A DNA stretch of 64,000 nucleotides from Malacoraja senta (taxonomy: Eukaryota): contig JAXLNO010002938.1 in the NCBI GenBank assembly GCA_038087875.1, forward strand, positions 620,001 through 684,000, in the 5' to 3' direction. How positions within the stretch are numbered: position 1 is the stretch's first letter; each line of letters begins with the position of its first letter. Shown here in pieces: positions 10,438 to 23,299 of this stretch. The position numbers were made by a program, and so were the translations under genes. The notes under the pieces were generated by a model, which saw only the letters and a program-made list of their open reading frames with translations, was not told where the DNA came from and did no database searches.

Positions 10438-11113
10438 AGACCCTGATACAGACCCTGACACAGACCCTGACACAGACCCTGACACACAGACCCTGACACA
10501 GACCCTGACACAGACCCTGACACACAGACCCTGAGACAGACCCTGACACACAGACCCCGACACAGACCCTGACACACAGTCCCTGACACAGACCCTGACA
10601 CAGACCCTGACACACAGACCCTGACACAGACCCTGACACACAGACCCTGACACAGACCCTGACACACAGACCCAGACACACAGACCTTGACACACAGAAC
10701 CTGAGACACAGACCCTGACACAGACCCTGACACACAGACCCTGACACAGACCCTGACACAGACCCTGACACACAGACCCTGACACAGACCCTGGGGACAT
10801 GAACCCTGAGACACAGACCTTGAGACACAGACCCTGACACACAGATCCTGACACACAGACCCTGAGACACAGACCCTGAGACACAGACCCTGAGACACAG
10901 ATCCTGAGACACAGACCCTGAGACACAGACCCTGAGACACAGACCCAAGCAGAGGAAACAAACTGCAGAAGCACATTGACTGGTCGGGTGGCATCTGTGG
11001 AGGGAGAGGGATGGTTCATGTTCCGGGTCGCGGCCCTGCCTCGGGGGTTGAGGGGAGAGAGCCAGTACCACGAGGATAGACACAAAAAGCAGGTGTAACT
11101 CAGCGAGTCAGAC

Positions 11114-12190
11114 TTGATTATTGATTATACCTTTAATAATCCTTTGCAGGAAATTACAATGCCACGACAGCTTCAAGACAGACATAACACCACAAATAGC
11201 TTCCATACTTAACAAGTTAAAATACAAGTTAAAATACAAGTTAAAATACAATTAATTAAAAAAAAGTGCAGTTATTTATGCGCATTATATAACCTTGTCG
11301 CAGCTGGTAAACAGGACTTCCTATGTCTCTCCGTTTTGCACATTGGTGCAATCAGTCTCTGACTGAAGCTGCTGCTCTTGATCACCTTCAGGGCATGGAG
11401 TGGGTGAGTGGGGTTGGTCATTATAGAACCCAGTTTTTTGAGAGTTCTGGCCTCTGCTACCTGCTGGACCGTTCGTTGCTCAGCCCCGACCACTGAGCCG
11501 GCGTTCCTGATCAGTTTGTCCAGTCTGTTTTTGTCCGCTATGCGAGCGCCATCTCCCCAACAGGCCACCGCAAAAAACAGAGCACTGGCCCCCACTGAAT
11601 GGTAGACACTGCACAGTGGGGGTTGGCAGATGTTAAATGCCCTCAGCCTCCTTAAAAAATACAGTCGGCTTTGTCCCTTCCTGTACACCGCCTCCATATG
11701 ACACTTCCAGTCCAGCTCCCTGTCAAGCTGCACACCAAGGTACCTGTGGTTAGCGAGCACCTCCACCTCAGTGCCCTTAATGGTGATTGGTGTTGCTTGA
11801 GTCTTCCTCCTCCCCCTCCTGAAGTCCACAACTATCTCCTTGGTTTTTGTGGTGTTAAGATGGAGGTTATTGAGTGCACTCCACTCCACAAAGTTACTTA
11901 TTATGTCTCTGTACTCCTCCTCATTGCCCCCTTGAATGAGGCCGACAACAGCTGTGTCATCCGAAAACTTCTGCAAAAAGCAGCTGTTGGTGTTATATCG
12001 GAGATCCGCTGTGTAGATGGTAAACAGGAATGGAGCCAGCACAGTTCCTTGTGGAGCCCCTGTGCTGCTCAAGATGGTGCTTGAGACATTGTTGTTCTGT
12101 AGGCGCACGTACTGTGGTCTGAGGGAAAGGTAATCCAAACACCACAGTACCAGTGATGGAGCCACTTTCATCTTCTCCATCTTCTCCCCT
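11114..12190 (-). mobile_element. 5'-truncated Rex1/Babar-type LINE (RT C-terminal half)
   Basis: ORF 11272-12225 has GAPQGTVLAPFLF, KFSDD, KTKEIVVDFRR and RLYFLRRL. It is inserted between GTCAGAC and AGCATCTG, which are contiguous in copy B (31205-31219). Confidence 0.92.
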
Positions 12191-12941
12191 AGCATCTGAA
12201 GAAGCGTCTCGACCCGAAACGTCACCTATCCCTTCTCTCCAGAGATGCTGTCTGACCCGCTGAGTTACTGCAGCTTTTTGTGTCTATCTTCAGTTTAAAG
12301 CAGCATCTACAGTTCCTTCCTACACTGTATAACGCGGGGATGGGGTGAGGTCGGTGCCGGCAGGTGACAGGAGGAACCGGGTGAGGAGGGACCGTATTCC
12401 TGGCCCTGTGACACGGGGCTGTGACTTGTTCCCTGTGTCCGGATCTGTTCCCGGTCAGTATTCCCCACCCTGGGACACGTGCCAGTCCGTGCTGAGGGCG
12501 GAGCTTGTGGGAAGCGGCTGCCTGCGTCCAGGGAGAGGTTGGACTGTGGACTGTGAACGGTGACCGCGGATTCCCGGGATGTAACAGCATCGTGCTGACA
12601 CCAGCACTCTGCACCATGGTTTTAGAAACCTCAGAGTCATAGAGGCATGCAGCGTGAAAACAGGCCCTTTGGCCCAACTTGCCCACGCCGACCAACATGC
12701 CCCATCTACACTAATCTCACCTGCTGGAGTTTGGCCCATATCCCTCTAACTCTGTCCTGTATATGTACCTGTCTAAATGTTTCTTATAAGTCGTGATAGT
12801 ACCTGCCCCAACTACCTCCTCCAGCAGCTCGTTCCATACACCACTCTGTACAAGACCAGCCTTCTACACTCAGGACCCAGCCTATCCAGCCTCTGCCGAT
12901 AGCTCAACCCCTCCTGACCACGTAGCATCTTAGTAGACAAT

Positions 12942-13145
12942 TGTAAAGAAGTGTTATCGACACATCGTTACTTAACTTCATTTATTCATACTGCAGCATT
13001 ACAGTAGGCACTAGCTGTACGTGGTCTATCACTGGAACTAGAGAGCGATATGTGGGTGGGGAGGTTGTAATTATACTTGTGATATGGGGAGTGGTTAGTA
13101 GTGATGAGGTAACTATATTAAAGGCACATGCATATCTCAACTACA
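12942..13145 (-). repeat. Gypsy 3' LTR (204 bp)
   Basis: 3 mismatches versus 17477-17680; preceded on the minus strand by the polypurine tract CCAAGGGGAAGGA. Confidence 0.97.
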
Positions 13146-13214
13146 TCCTTCCCCTTGGAAACGAAAGGCAAACACAATAGTGACAGGGCGACCACGTCTC
13201 ATGCGCTAGAACAG

Positions 13215-16200
13215 TTAAGCAAAGTCATCATATCGGACAGGCGGCTTGACAACACGTCCCGACCGGGTTCGCATCTCGCCATCCTCCCTTCCGGCAGGAA
13301 GAAGTGGCACAGGTGAGGACCGACGAAGTGGAACGGGGGAACCGGGAGGGGACGGAGAAGACAAGGGCAGAAAGGCAGGAGGAGATGAGGGTTCAGCAGC
13401 GGGTAGCGCGCGGGTAGGCGAGTGAGGACTAGCCGGAGAAGGATGGGGCGGAAGGAGAGGAGAGGGTAGAGATCGTGGCATGCGAGCGGGCAGAGCATCG
13501 CCCGGGTGCTGAAACTGCAGCGGGGGAGCAAAAGGATCGGCGGGAGGCGATCGCGGCTCATTGACGAGCCGCATGTGTTGGCGGGACCGGCGGTAAATGG
13601 TTCCCGCATGGTCGACGAGGTAGGACCTGGGCGACCCAGCAGAGGCGACGACGGTAGCGTGCTTGGAGTGACCGGAGGGGGTCTGCATGCGGACGACCTG
13701 TCCGGGGAAGAGGCGCGGCAGTGGGTGGCAGGACCTGTCATAGGAACGCTTCTGAACATCGTGCCTAAAGGCAATGCGTTCCTGAACAGCAGCAGGCTTG
13801 AGGACAGAGGGGATGAGGGAGCGATGGGTCACCGGGATCGGTCGTCTGGTAGCGCGAGACATGAGCCGCTGAGCAGGGGAGCCCATGTTAGGGTCGCGTG
13901 AGATGTTGCGGAGGTTGAGGGGGGCCAGATAGAAGTCCGAGTTGGACAAGCGACATTGTTCCAGCAACTTCTTTGCACTGCGGACGGCGCGCTCGGCCAG
14001 ACCGTTGCTTTGCGGGTACTCAGGGCTACTGGTGAAGTGGCGGAAGTTCCATCTGGATGCGAAAGCTTTAAACTCGGAGCTCGTGAATTGGCTGCCATTG
14101 TCCGACTGCAGGCTGGCCGGGGTGCCAAAAGTGCACAAAATGATGGCCCAACTTGTCGACAACGGCCGAGGGGGTGAGGGAGTGCAGATGGTCGACCTCG
14201 AACCAGCTGGAGTAGGAGTCGACGACGACCAGGAAGTGTTTGCCCCGCCACTCGAAAATGTAAACGGCAACCGCCATCCAGGGCAGTTCGGGGGCAGGCT
14301 GCTGCAGGAGAGGCTGACGTTGCTGGTGGGGGGGCGAGACTGTTGCAGGTGGAACACGAGGAGACCCTCTCCCGGATGTATTGAGCCATACCAGGCCAGT
14401 AGAAATGGCTCTGGGCGTGAGACAGGGTGGCTTCGGCCCCAGGATGACCGCGGTGAGCGACCTGAAAATAGTGGTCGTGCAGCGCAGCAGGCACGACAAC
14501 CTTGTGACCTTTCACCACCACGCCGTCGTGTAGTACGATCTCATCGCGTACCAGGAAGTAGGGCACGGCGCCAGCCGGCAAAGCGGAACGGCGGTCGGGC
14601 CAGCCCTGCTGGATGATGGCAGAAAGCTGTTGCAGGGCAGGATCATTGGCAGTGTGTTCAACCAGGGACTTCATCTGCTGTGAAGGGACAATGTTTACAT
14701 GGAGCACCAACAGGTCAGACATTTCATAGGGGTGGCGATCTGTGGATGTTAGCGGGGCGCGGGACAACGTGTCAGCCACGAACATGTCCTTGCCCTTATG
14801 ATAAACCACGTCAAAAGTGAAGCGCTGGAGCTGCAGCATCATGCGCTGCAGGCGGGATGAGGCAACATGGATCGATTTGTTGAGAATGGTGACAAGCGGC
14901 TGGTGATCAGTTTCAATGGTGAAAGTGTTGCCCAGGATGTAGTCCTTGAATTTGGAGCAGGCAAACACCACGGCCAGTAGCTCCTTCTCGATCTGCGCGT
15001 AGTGTTGTTCGGCAGCGGTCAAGGTGCGGGACGCGAAGGAGACAGGCAGCTGCAGGCCGTCATGGAGCTGTAGGCAAGCGGCACCGAGCCCGAACCGAGA
15101 GGCGTCGCAGGTGAGGATAATGGGACGCTGCAGGTCAAAAAACGTGAGTGTGGGGGTACTGATTAGCTTGGATTTAAGGATGTCGAAGGCTTTCTGGTGT
15201 TGGGGGGACCAAGCCCAGGCCGTGTCCTTCTTTATCAACTCCCTCAGGGGTGCGCTGAGCTCGCTGAGGTCGGGGATGAACTTCCCCAGGTAGTTTACCA
15301 TGCCTAGGAAGCGTTGCAGGCTGGGCACATCAGTTGGAGAAGACATCCCGGAGATGGCAGCCGTTTTCTGCGGGTCGGGTTTCAGCCCCGAGGCAGTGAA
15401 TACATGCCCAACATATGTGACCTCCGGGACGCGGAATCGGCACTTCTTGGGGTTCAGTTTCAAGTTGATTTGCCGTGCCCGGTCTAGGACTTGGCGGAGG
15501 TTGAAGTCGTGTTCGGCGACATCCTTACCGTAGACCAGGATGTCGTCAACGATGATGGCGCACGGTAGACCCGTAAACAGCTGCTCCATTGTCCGTTGGA
15601 ACACCTCGCTTGCAGAGTTGATTCCGAATGGCATTCGGAGGAACCGAAATCTGCCGAAAGGGGTGCTAAAAGTTGTCAAGATGGAGGACTGCTCGTCAAG
15701 CGGTATCTGCCAGAAGGAGCTCTTGGCATCGAGGACAGAAAAGATTGCGGCCGGACCAACCTGTGCAGCGACGTCCTCTACTGTTCTCATAGGATAGTGC
15801 GGGCGTTTAATGGCCAGGTTGAGGTCTTTGGGGTTGATGCAAATGCGTATTTCGCTTTTGTCCTTTTTCGCGGCAACAACCATGGTGGAGACCCACCTGG
15901 TGGGATCGCTGACCGCCTTTAGGATGCCCATTTTTACCATGCTGTGCAGCGTCGATTCTACTTTGTCCTTCATGGCGAAGGAGACACGGTGTGGCGCACG
16001 GACCACGGGCTCGACCTTGCGGTCGACTACAATCTTGTAGTTGCAGGGCAGCTTGCCCAGCTCGTCATCAAAGCAGTCAGGATATTCAGTCAACGGGTCC
16101 ACGAGGGCCCGCACCTGGTGGATGTCACGGTGGAAGGAGACCAGGCCCAAGTCCTGGCATGCTTCGGTGCCCAACAGGGTAATATATTTGCGATCGAGGA

Positions 16201-16660
16201 GATAGAAAGTGAGGGGCCGAGAGGTCTCCAGTGTTTTGCAGCGCAGAGTTGCCTTTCCCACAGGAATAAGAACTCCTCCCCCGTAAGCATGCAAAGTTGA
16301 GCTATCAGAAAAAACCTTCTCATTAGTCCTTATCTTTTTGAAGAGGCTTGTTGACATAACATTCGCAACAGCTCCGGTATCAATCTTAGCAGTGAAGGTC
16401 GAGTTGTTCACAGTTACTCGAACTGAAGGGTCTGTTATCACAGCAGGTGCATCCAACACAGAAAATAGGCTGGTCTCCCCCTGAGAGGAGCCAGATTCAG
16501 ACACAGACTGTTCGTCAAAATAGCACTGGGAGCTGAGCTCGCTAGCAGCTTGTACCAAGTTGTTTAAAATACACCTTGGAGCAGCAAAAGGCTTCCCACG
16601 GGAACGGCATGCCGCAGTAAAGTGATTGAGTTTCTTGCAGTTGTTGCAAGTTTTACCCAA
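13215..16660 (-). pseudogene. Gypsy gag-pol C-terminal part/pol (zinc knuckle, protease, RT, RNase H, integrase), frameshifted in integrase
   Basis: ORF 13829-16660 has CNNCKKLNHFTAAC, KIDTGA, IIVDDIL, CDAS, TDHQPL and HRGH...CSTC. Integrase core continues in other frames (VVVDSYS, SDNGSQF, PQSNGLAE) and ends TRSGRVVKPPVRYDDFA* at 13215. Confidence 0.93.
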
Positions 16661-16879
16661 AGCAGGGCATACATTGTATTGATGAGTGGCAAAGTTACAA
16701 TTGGGGCACCTTTGCCGGGCACGTCCCCCGGGTGCAGTGCCGGACCCCGGGGCGCGTCCCCCTGGAGCAGTGCCGGACCCCGGGGGTCGTGGCGGGGTCG
16801 TGTTCAGACGACGGCTGGTAGCGCTGGCAAAGTTAATGTCGTGATCAGCTGGTTACACCGCCGAGGTGACAGCTTCGGC

Positions 16880-17380
16880 TAAACGACAGGAGTGCATTGC
16901 CTCGTTAAAAGTCAGATCGGCCCTGCGCAAACGTTCAGCCCTTAGCTTTTCGTCGCGGAGACCGTAAACCAGAAGGTCCCTGGTCAGCTCCTCGGGGGTC
17001 AGCGTGTCCAGGCGGCACCGCCTGGCCAGTGTCGCAGCGCAGCGACATAGTTCTCTGCGGATTCGCCGGGGTTCTGCCGCCGCCCGAACAGTTTAAAACG
17101 TTCTAAAATGCAGTTTGATGGAATGTCGCAAATCGCGGTAAACTTAGCCAACAAACATACCGGGTCCCGAGCAGATTCACCCACAGCGTAGACGAAGAAG
17201 TCTGATCGAGCCAGGGCATCTGGACCAGCCAAGTTGAGAAGCAGAGATGCTTTAAGTTCTGGGGTGGCGGCAGGATGAGCAATAGTGACACAGTGGTCAC
17301 GTCTGAAAACATCCCATCGATGGGCCAATGTCAGAATCGAAAACGAGCATATCGGGCTTTCGGCAAGAAGTGGCCATCAC
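16880..17380 (-). pseudogene. Gypsy gag N-terminus (frameshifted)
   Basis: LKASLLLNLAGPDAL...ERFKLFGRRQNPGESAENYVAALR, near-identical to the gag starting at 63580. Confidence 0.85.
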
Positions 17381-17476
17381 GAGGAAATAAGAGGGTGGGG
17401 AGAACAGAAAAACTGGGACAAAAGTGAACTAAATCACCGATAAACAGGAGGCGCAAGGGTAAGGGGGCTGACACCA

Positions 17477-17680
17477 TGTAAAGAAGTGTTATCGACACAT
17501 CGTTACTTAACTTCATTTATTCATACTGCAGCATTACAGAAGGCACTAGCTGTACGTGGTCTATCACTGGAACTAGAGAGCGATATGTGGGTGGGGAGGT
17601 TGTAATTATACTTGTGATATGGGGAGTGGTTAGTAGTGATGAGGTAACTATATTAAAGGCACATGCATATATCATCTACA
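17477..17680 (-). repeat. Gypsy 5' LTR (204 bp)
   Basis: Matches 12942-13145; followed on the minus strand by the PBS. Confidence 0.97.
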
Positions 17681-17873
17681 ACAATGTTGCACCTTTACCA
17701 GTTTAATGACAGGGCAACAGGAACTGCACCAATGTCGTGTCACTAGTCGATAGGGTGGTGGTAAAGAATGTACTTTGTAGATTGGCCTTCATCAGTCAGC
17801 GTATTGAGTTTGGAAACTGGGAGATTACGTTGCAGTTGTGCAAGATGTTGGTGAGGCCACACTTGGAGTATTG

Positions 17874-20800
17874 TTTTTTTTTTTTTTTTTTTTATTTTTT
17901 TTTTTTTAGAAGTACGGTAGATTACAGTAATGTACAACACGTATATATTAATACATTTTTTGTACCGCTTCATTTTTTTTAAACTTTAAGAAAGAAAAAG
18001 AAAGAAGTAAGAAAAGTGAAGAAAGTGCGCAAAGGTTGTGAAGTGCAAAAGAGTGTTGGGAAAAGAAAGCCCCTTAGAGAAGAGGTTAGAGAAGGAAGTA
18101 AAGTTAGAAAATAGACCCTAGAAAAAAAAAGAGAAAGAAAGAAGGAACAATCGCTCTATTATAACTCTTATACTATACTTCATAGAGAAGGAACTACCAA
18201 CCAAGTCTGTTTTTATTTTACCTCCCATTACCAGGTCCAGATACCTTTTATTTATTTATTTGTTTTTCTAAATTACTATTGCACCTCATGCTTGTAATAG
18301 GTCCAAAAACGTAGACCACGTCTTTTGAAATTGATCTACTTTACCTACTAGGAGGAATCTCATCTCTTCCAGATGTAATGTTTCCAACATATTTGATGTC
18401 CACATTTTTATTGTTGGTGTGGGCGCATTTTTCCAGAATTTAAGTATAAGCTTTTTCCCATTATTAGCCCATAATTGAGTAAATTCTTCTGATACACGTT
18501 TAATTCAGGAATACCTTCCGATATTCCAAAAATAATCCATTCTGGTTTTGGTACCAGTTTTATTTTGATTAATTTTAGAAAAATATCAAATATTTCAAAC
18601 CAGAATTTTGGATTTTTGTACAAAAAACAAAAGAATGTGCTATGGTAGCTTCTTGACATATACATTTATCACAGATTGATGAGACGTTAGGAAAGATTTT
18701 ATTTAGTTTGGTTTTTGAATAATATAATCTATGTAATGTTTTAAATTGGATAAGCGTATGTCGTACGTTGATCGAGCATTTATGCACCTGTAATAAATGA
18801 TTATCCCAACTTTCTTTTGAAATTTTTATACCTAGATCTTGTTCCCAATCTCTTCTAATTCCATCTGTTGTGGGTATTTCTATATTTAAGATGATATTAT
18901 ATAAGTATGATATTAAATTAACTGATTCCGCCTTTGTCTTCATTGCTTCATCTAGTAAGTCGGAAGGCATATTATAATAATCTTTTGTGTGTGTTTTCAA
19001 ATAGTCACAGATTTGTATATATTTAAAATATTGATTATTTTTCAAATTATATTTCAGTTGTAGTTGTTGGAATGATAGTAATTTTTCTAATTCATACAGA
19101 TCTTCGAGCGTTTTTAATTCCCATTCTTTCCCATTGTATAAATGCTTTATCTATGATTGAAGGTTTAAACGATGGGTTATTGACTATTGGTATTAAGAGA
19201 GATAGGTTTCTTAATTTTAGATTCTGTTTTATTTGCTTCCATGTTCTAATAGTGCTATATATAATTGGATTTTTATTATAATTTTTATTATTCAAATTTA
19301 TTGGAGAGAGAATAATCGCTCCTATATTATTCGGGGAGCAATCCCCTTTTTCCATATAATCCAGTCCACCTGCTGGCAGAATTGTCCAGCAGGTGAATCA
19401 TATTTTTAATATTTACTGCCCAGTTATAATACATAAAGTTAGGGAGCGCTAGACCCCCCAAATCTTTTCGTTTGTTAAGGTGTGTTCTTTGTATTCTGTG
19501 GGATTTGTAATCCCATATAAAATTTGTAATGTCTGAGTCCAGTTTTTTGAAAAACTTTTTTGGGAGATATATAGGTATTGATTGAAATAGGTAAAGGATT
19601 TTGTGGTAAGAAAATCATTTTTATAGCATTTATCCTACCTATTAAGGACATCGGAAGTGTTTTCCAAAATTTAATCAGATTATTTAATTTCTTAAGTAGG
19701 GGATTATAATTAGCTTTAAACATATCATGGTAATTTCTAGTAATCTCAATTCCTAAATATTTGAATTTTTCCATAGCTATTTTAAAAGGGAATTTCCTGA
19801 GATGTGTTGAGTCTTTTGGTTTAATCGACATAATTTCACTTTGTTCCAATTTATTCTATATCCTGAAAAGGATCCAAAGTCCTCAATTAAGTTTAATATA
19901 TTTGGTATACTAATTTGTGGTTTTTGTGATGTACAGTAGTACATCATCAGCATATAGGGATAGTTTGTTGTTGAATATTTTGTGTATAACCGTGAATATT
20001 CGAGTGTGTTCTTATTTTTTCAGCAAGGGTTCAATTACCAAAGCAAATAACAGCGGTGATAGTGAACATCCTTGTCTGTTGCCCCTAGATAATTCGAATT
20101 TTGAAGATAATATATTATTAGTTAGTATTCTAGCCGTAGGTTTGTTATATAGTAGTTTTATCCATGCAATAAAGTTTTCTCCCAATTGAATTTTTGCAAT
20201 ACTTTGATCATATAGTCCCATTCTACTTGATCAAACGCTTTTTCTGCGTCCAGTGAGATGATAGCTAACTCTTCGTCATAAGATTTATATGAATGCATTA
20301 TGTTAAGCAAACGTCTCAAATTATTAAATGAGTGTCTCTTAGGTATAAATCCTGTTTGATCCTCATGTATTAGTCTACTAACATACTTGCTTAATCTATT
20401 GGCTAATGTTTTTGCTATTATTTTCTGATCCGTATTTAACAAAGCAATAGCTCTATATGATCCTGGGTCTTCTATATTTTTATCTTTTTTAAGTATTAAT
20501 ATGATCGTTGATTCCGCTAGTGTTTCAGGTAGGTTTTGCTCTTTATAAGCATATGTATACATTTTTGGTAATCGTGGAGTAACTATATCATAAAAAGATT
20601 TATAAAATTCATTACTGAATCCGTCTTGGTCCTGGTGTTTTTCCTTTTTATTTAAGTGTTTTTATTGTGTCTTCTATCTCCTTAGAAGTAATTTGTGCTC
20701 CCAGTTCCTCTTGTTCCCTGCGTTCTAATTGTGGTAGATTACAATTATCTAAAAATTCTGAGATTTTATTATTGTCTATTGACGTTTTAGATGTGTATAG

Positions 20801-23299
20801 ATTCTGGTAAAATTGAGCAAATCTTTTATTAATATCCTTGGGTAGTGTTAATACTTCCCCTCTATCTGATTTAATCTTTAATATTGCATTCTCTTTTTCC
20901 CGTTTTTTAAGTTGTCGTGCTAGAAGTTTGTGGGGTTTGTCCCCGAATTCGAAGTGTTCTTGTTTTGTGATTTGAAATAATGTTATAACTTTCTCTGACA
21001 GTAATTTATTTAACTGAAATTTCAGTAGTAGTATTTTATTATGTTTATCCATAGTTGGGTCTTTAGCATTATCTATATCTAACTGTTTATTTGATCTTCT
21101 AAGTGTCTTTGTTCATTCTTATTCTTTTTATTTTGATAGGCTTGAAATGAAATAATGACTCCTCTTATAGAATGCTTTGAAGGATTCCCATAATAGCGTG
21201 GGGGGATATCTCTGGTGTATCATTTAACTCAAAAAATAGATCCATCTGTTTTTTTAGATAGATACTCCCTTGAGGTTCTTTTAAAATTTGTGAGTTAAAC
21301 CTCCAGAACGGTTTATTCATAGACATTCCTTCTAGTTTTAGAACAAAAGTTAACGGAGAATGATCTGAGATCGCATTAATATGATATTTAGGATTCAGAG
21401 ATTGCGAAATTAATTTTGTATCCACTAGAAAATAGTCTATCCGTGAATATGTTTTGTGCACCATTGAATAAAAACGAGTAATCCCTTCCCGTCGGGTTTG
21501 CAATCCTCCATACATCTGTTATATTTGTGTTTTCCATATATGTGTGTAAGAGTTCACTGGTTTTAGATTTCGTCTGACCTTTTTGTTTTTGCATCGATTT
21601 ATCTAAATAAGGATCTAAAACACAATTAAAATCTCCTCCGATTATAACATTTTGATAATTAGATTCTGCAATTATATTCAGAATTTTATTAAAAAATTGA
21701 GGGTTATCAAAGTTGGCGCATATATATTTACCAGCGTAATTGGCATGTTATTGATCTCCCCTGCTACTATAAGATATCTCCCTTCCTTATCTAAAATAGT
21801 GTTCTTTGATTTAAATGGAATTCCTTTACGAATAATAATTGCAGTACCTCTAGATTTGGAGGTAAATGAAGAGTGAAATGTTTGGCCTATCCAGTTCGCC
21901 CTCAGTCTTGTCTGATCTTGCTGTTTAAGATGTGTTTCCTGTAGAAACGCTATGTCCGTGTGTATGATTTCAACTGAGCTAGTATCTTGCCCCTTTTAAT
22001 AGGTTCATTAATCCCCCTTATATTCCAACTACATAATGTGATTCCTCCTATTTTCTTTTGATTGTCGTCATGCATTTTTACCAATTTTAATGACCTTAAT
22101 TATTGTGGTGCATTCATACCTCCGGACTCTGGTTATTTTGGGAGTATTTCTATTATAGACTTCCTTGGTAGTTCTCCTGCGCGATTGTCCTTGAAGAAAA
22201 AAACACACAGATGTGACATATTGTGATTTAAAAAAAATATATATAAATCAAATAAATTTACGGTGTCTAAAATTTCAACACCGTAGTGAGTGGCCCACTC
22301 GTCTGTGGGGTACGACATCCATAACGCTTCCGGCGTAGTTGGTATAAAGTTAGCCCCGCTGTATTTATTACCCAAAATCTATGGGGTCATTACCGTTTCC
22401 AATTCAGTTCTATTTCACCCAGTTACAATTTATATATATGTCAAATGTATTCGATTCCATATCCTACTCACTCTTTATCTCTTAACTATTTTAAAATGAA
22501 TTTAGTATTGTTAAAGTGAGCGGTTTACTGAGTGGATTAACCGGAGTCAGGTTCCTGGAATTGTGCCAGGTGCCTGATCTCCTCTCCTCTCCACGAGCTG
22601 CGAACATAGGTGATAACTGCTGTCTGCGTTATAACGCAGGCACCACAGTTTTATCAGTTTCAAATATTATTTCTATATTAGTATTGTTAATTATTAATTA
22701 TGATTAATTCTCAGCATTTTGTAAAACTATATAAGCCGTATATATTTTTCATATCAACCTCGAGTGTATATTATCTCTTAACTATTTTAAATTGATTTTA
22801 ATATTGTTAAAAATGAGCTGTTCGCTGGAAGGGTTAACGGGAGTCTGGCTCCTGGAGTTATGCCAGGTACCCGGTCTCCCCCTCCCTCCACTCTCGAGCT
22901 GCATAGCACTTGCTGTTATCTGCTAAACAGAGCAGACTGCACATTTTTTATCTATTTCAATTGCTATTTCTATATTAGTATTGTTAATTGTTAATTATTA
23001 TTAGTTCTCAGTTTTTTCAGTTTTTTATAAACAATATAAGCCATGTGATGTTTTTCACTCTCAGCCCAGCAGTTCGTCCCGTTATCAGGTTTTCCTCGTT
23101 TGAGCACGTATTGTCCTTGAATTACATAGCACAATGTTCCAGCGAAGATAATAATGTCTAGCCACGTCTCACTAAGAATCTGTTGCTTGAAGTCAAATAA
23201 AAAATAAAAAATCAGTGTTCAGTTAATTCACTTTCCTTGTGATATTCTTGTTGGAAGAATAAGCAAGTTCGTTTGTTCATGTCGTCTTGGTTTTCAGTA
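17874..23299 (-). mobile_element. L1-clade LINE, 5'-truncated (~5.4 kb), with poly(A) tail
   Basis: Poly(T) on plus at 17874-17907; TSD TTGGAGTATTG (17863-17873 and 23300-23310); empty site in copy B at ~33593-33605. Confidence 0.93.
18286..22075 (-). pseudogene. L1 ORF2 (APE endonuclease + RT), multiply frameshifted
   Basis: SWNIRGI, FLQETHL, GGDFN, YSRIDYF and SDHSP endonuclease motifs; [33 protein letters not shown] and LYADD RT motifs; cysteine-rich C-terminus; stop at 18286. Confidence 0.92.

Larger units (their letters stand above)
8905..10950. repeat. 12/14-bp satellite (GACACAGACCCT / GACACACAGACCCT)n upstream of promoter A, split by a Penelope insertion
   Basis: Arrays at ~8905-9665 and ~10437-10950. 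Confidence 0.95.
12942..17680 (-). mobile_element. Full-length Ty3/Gypsy LTR retrotransposon (4739 bp)
   Basis: Two 204-bp TG...CA LTRs; 5-bp TSD ACAAT (12937-12941 and 17681-17685); PBS TGGTGTCAG (17468-17476); PPT (13146-13158); domain order gag-PR-RT-RH-IN; empty site in copy B at ~32046. Confidence 0.97.

Noticed and set aside
7355-10950. Tandem arrays as possible CRISPR arrays
   Set aside because: Units are head-to-tail with no unique spacers, there are no cas genes, and the context is eukaryotic.
8791-11085. Cys/Val-rich ORFs (CVRVCVSGSVCQGL)n, also at 30026-31181 and 29032-30019
   Set aside because: Open in several frames at once because the satellites lack stop codons.
9995-16300. 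Plus-strand ORFs antisense to the Penelope, Rex1 and Gypsy coding regions (e.g. 9995-10534, 13942-14616)
   Set aside because: Shadow ORFs of GC-rich TE coding strands with no independent motifs.
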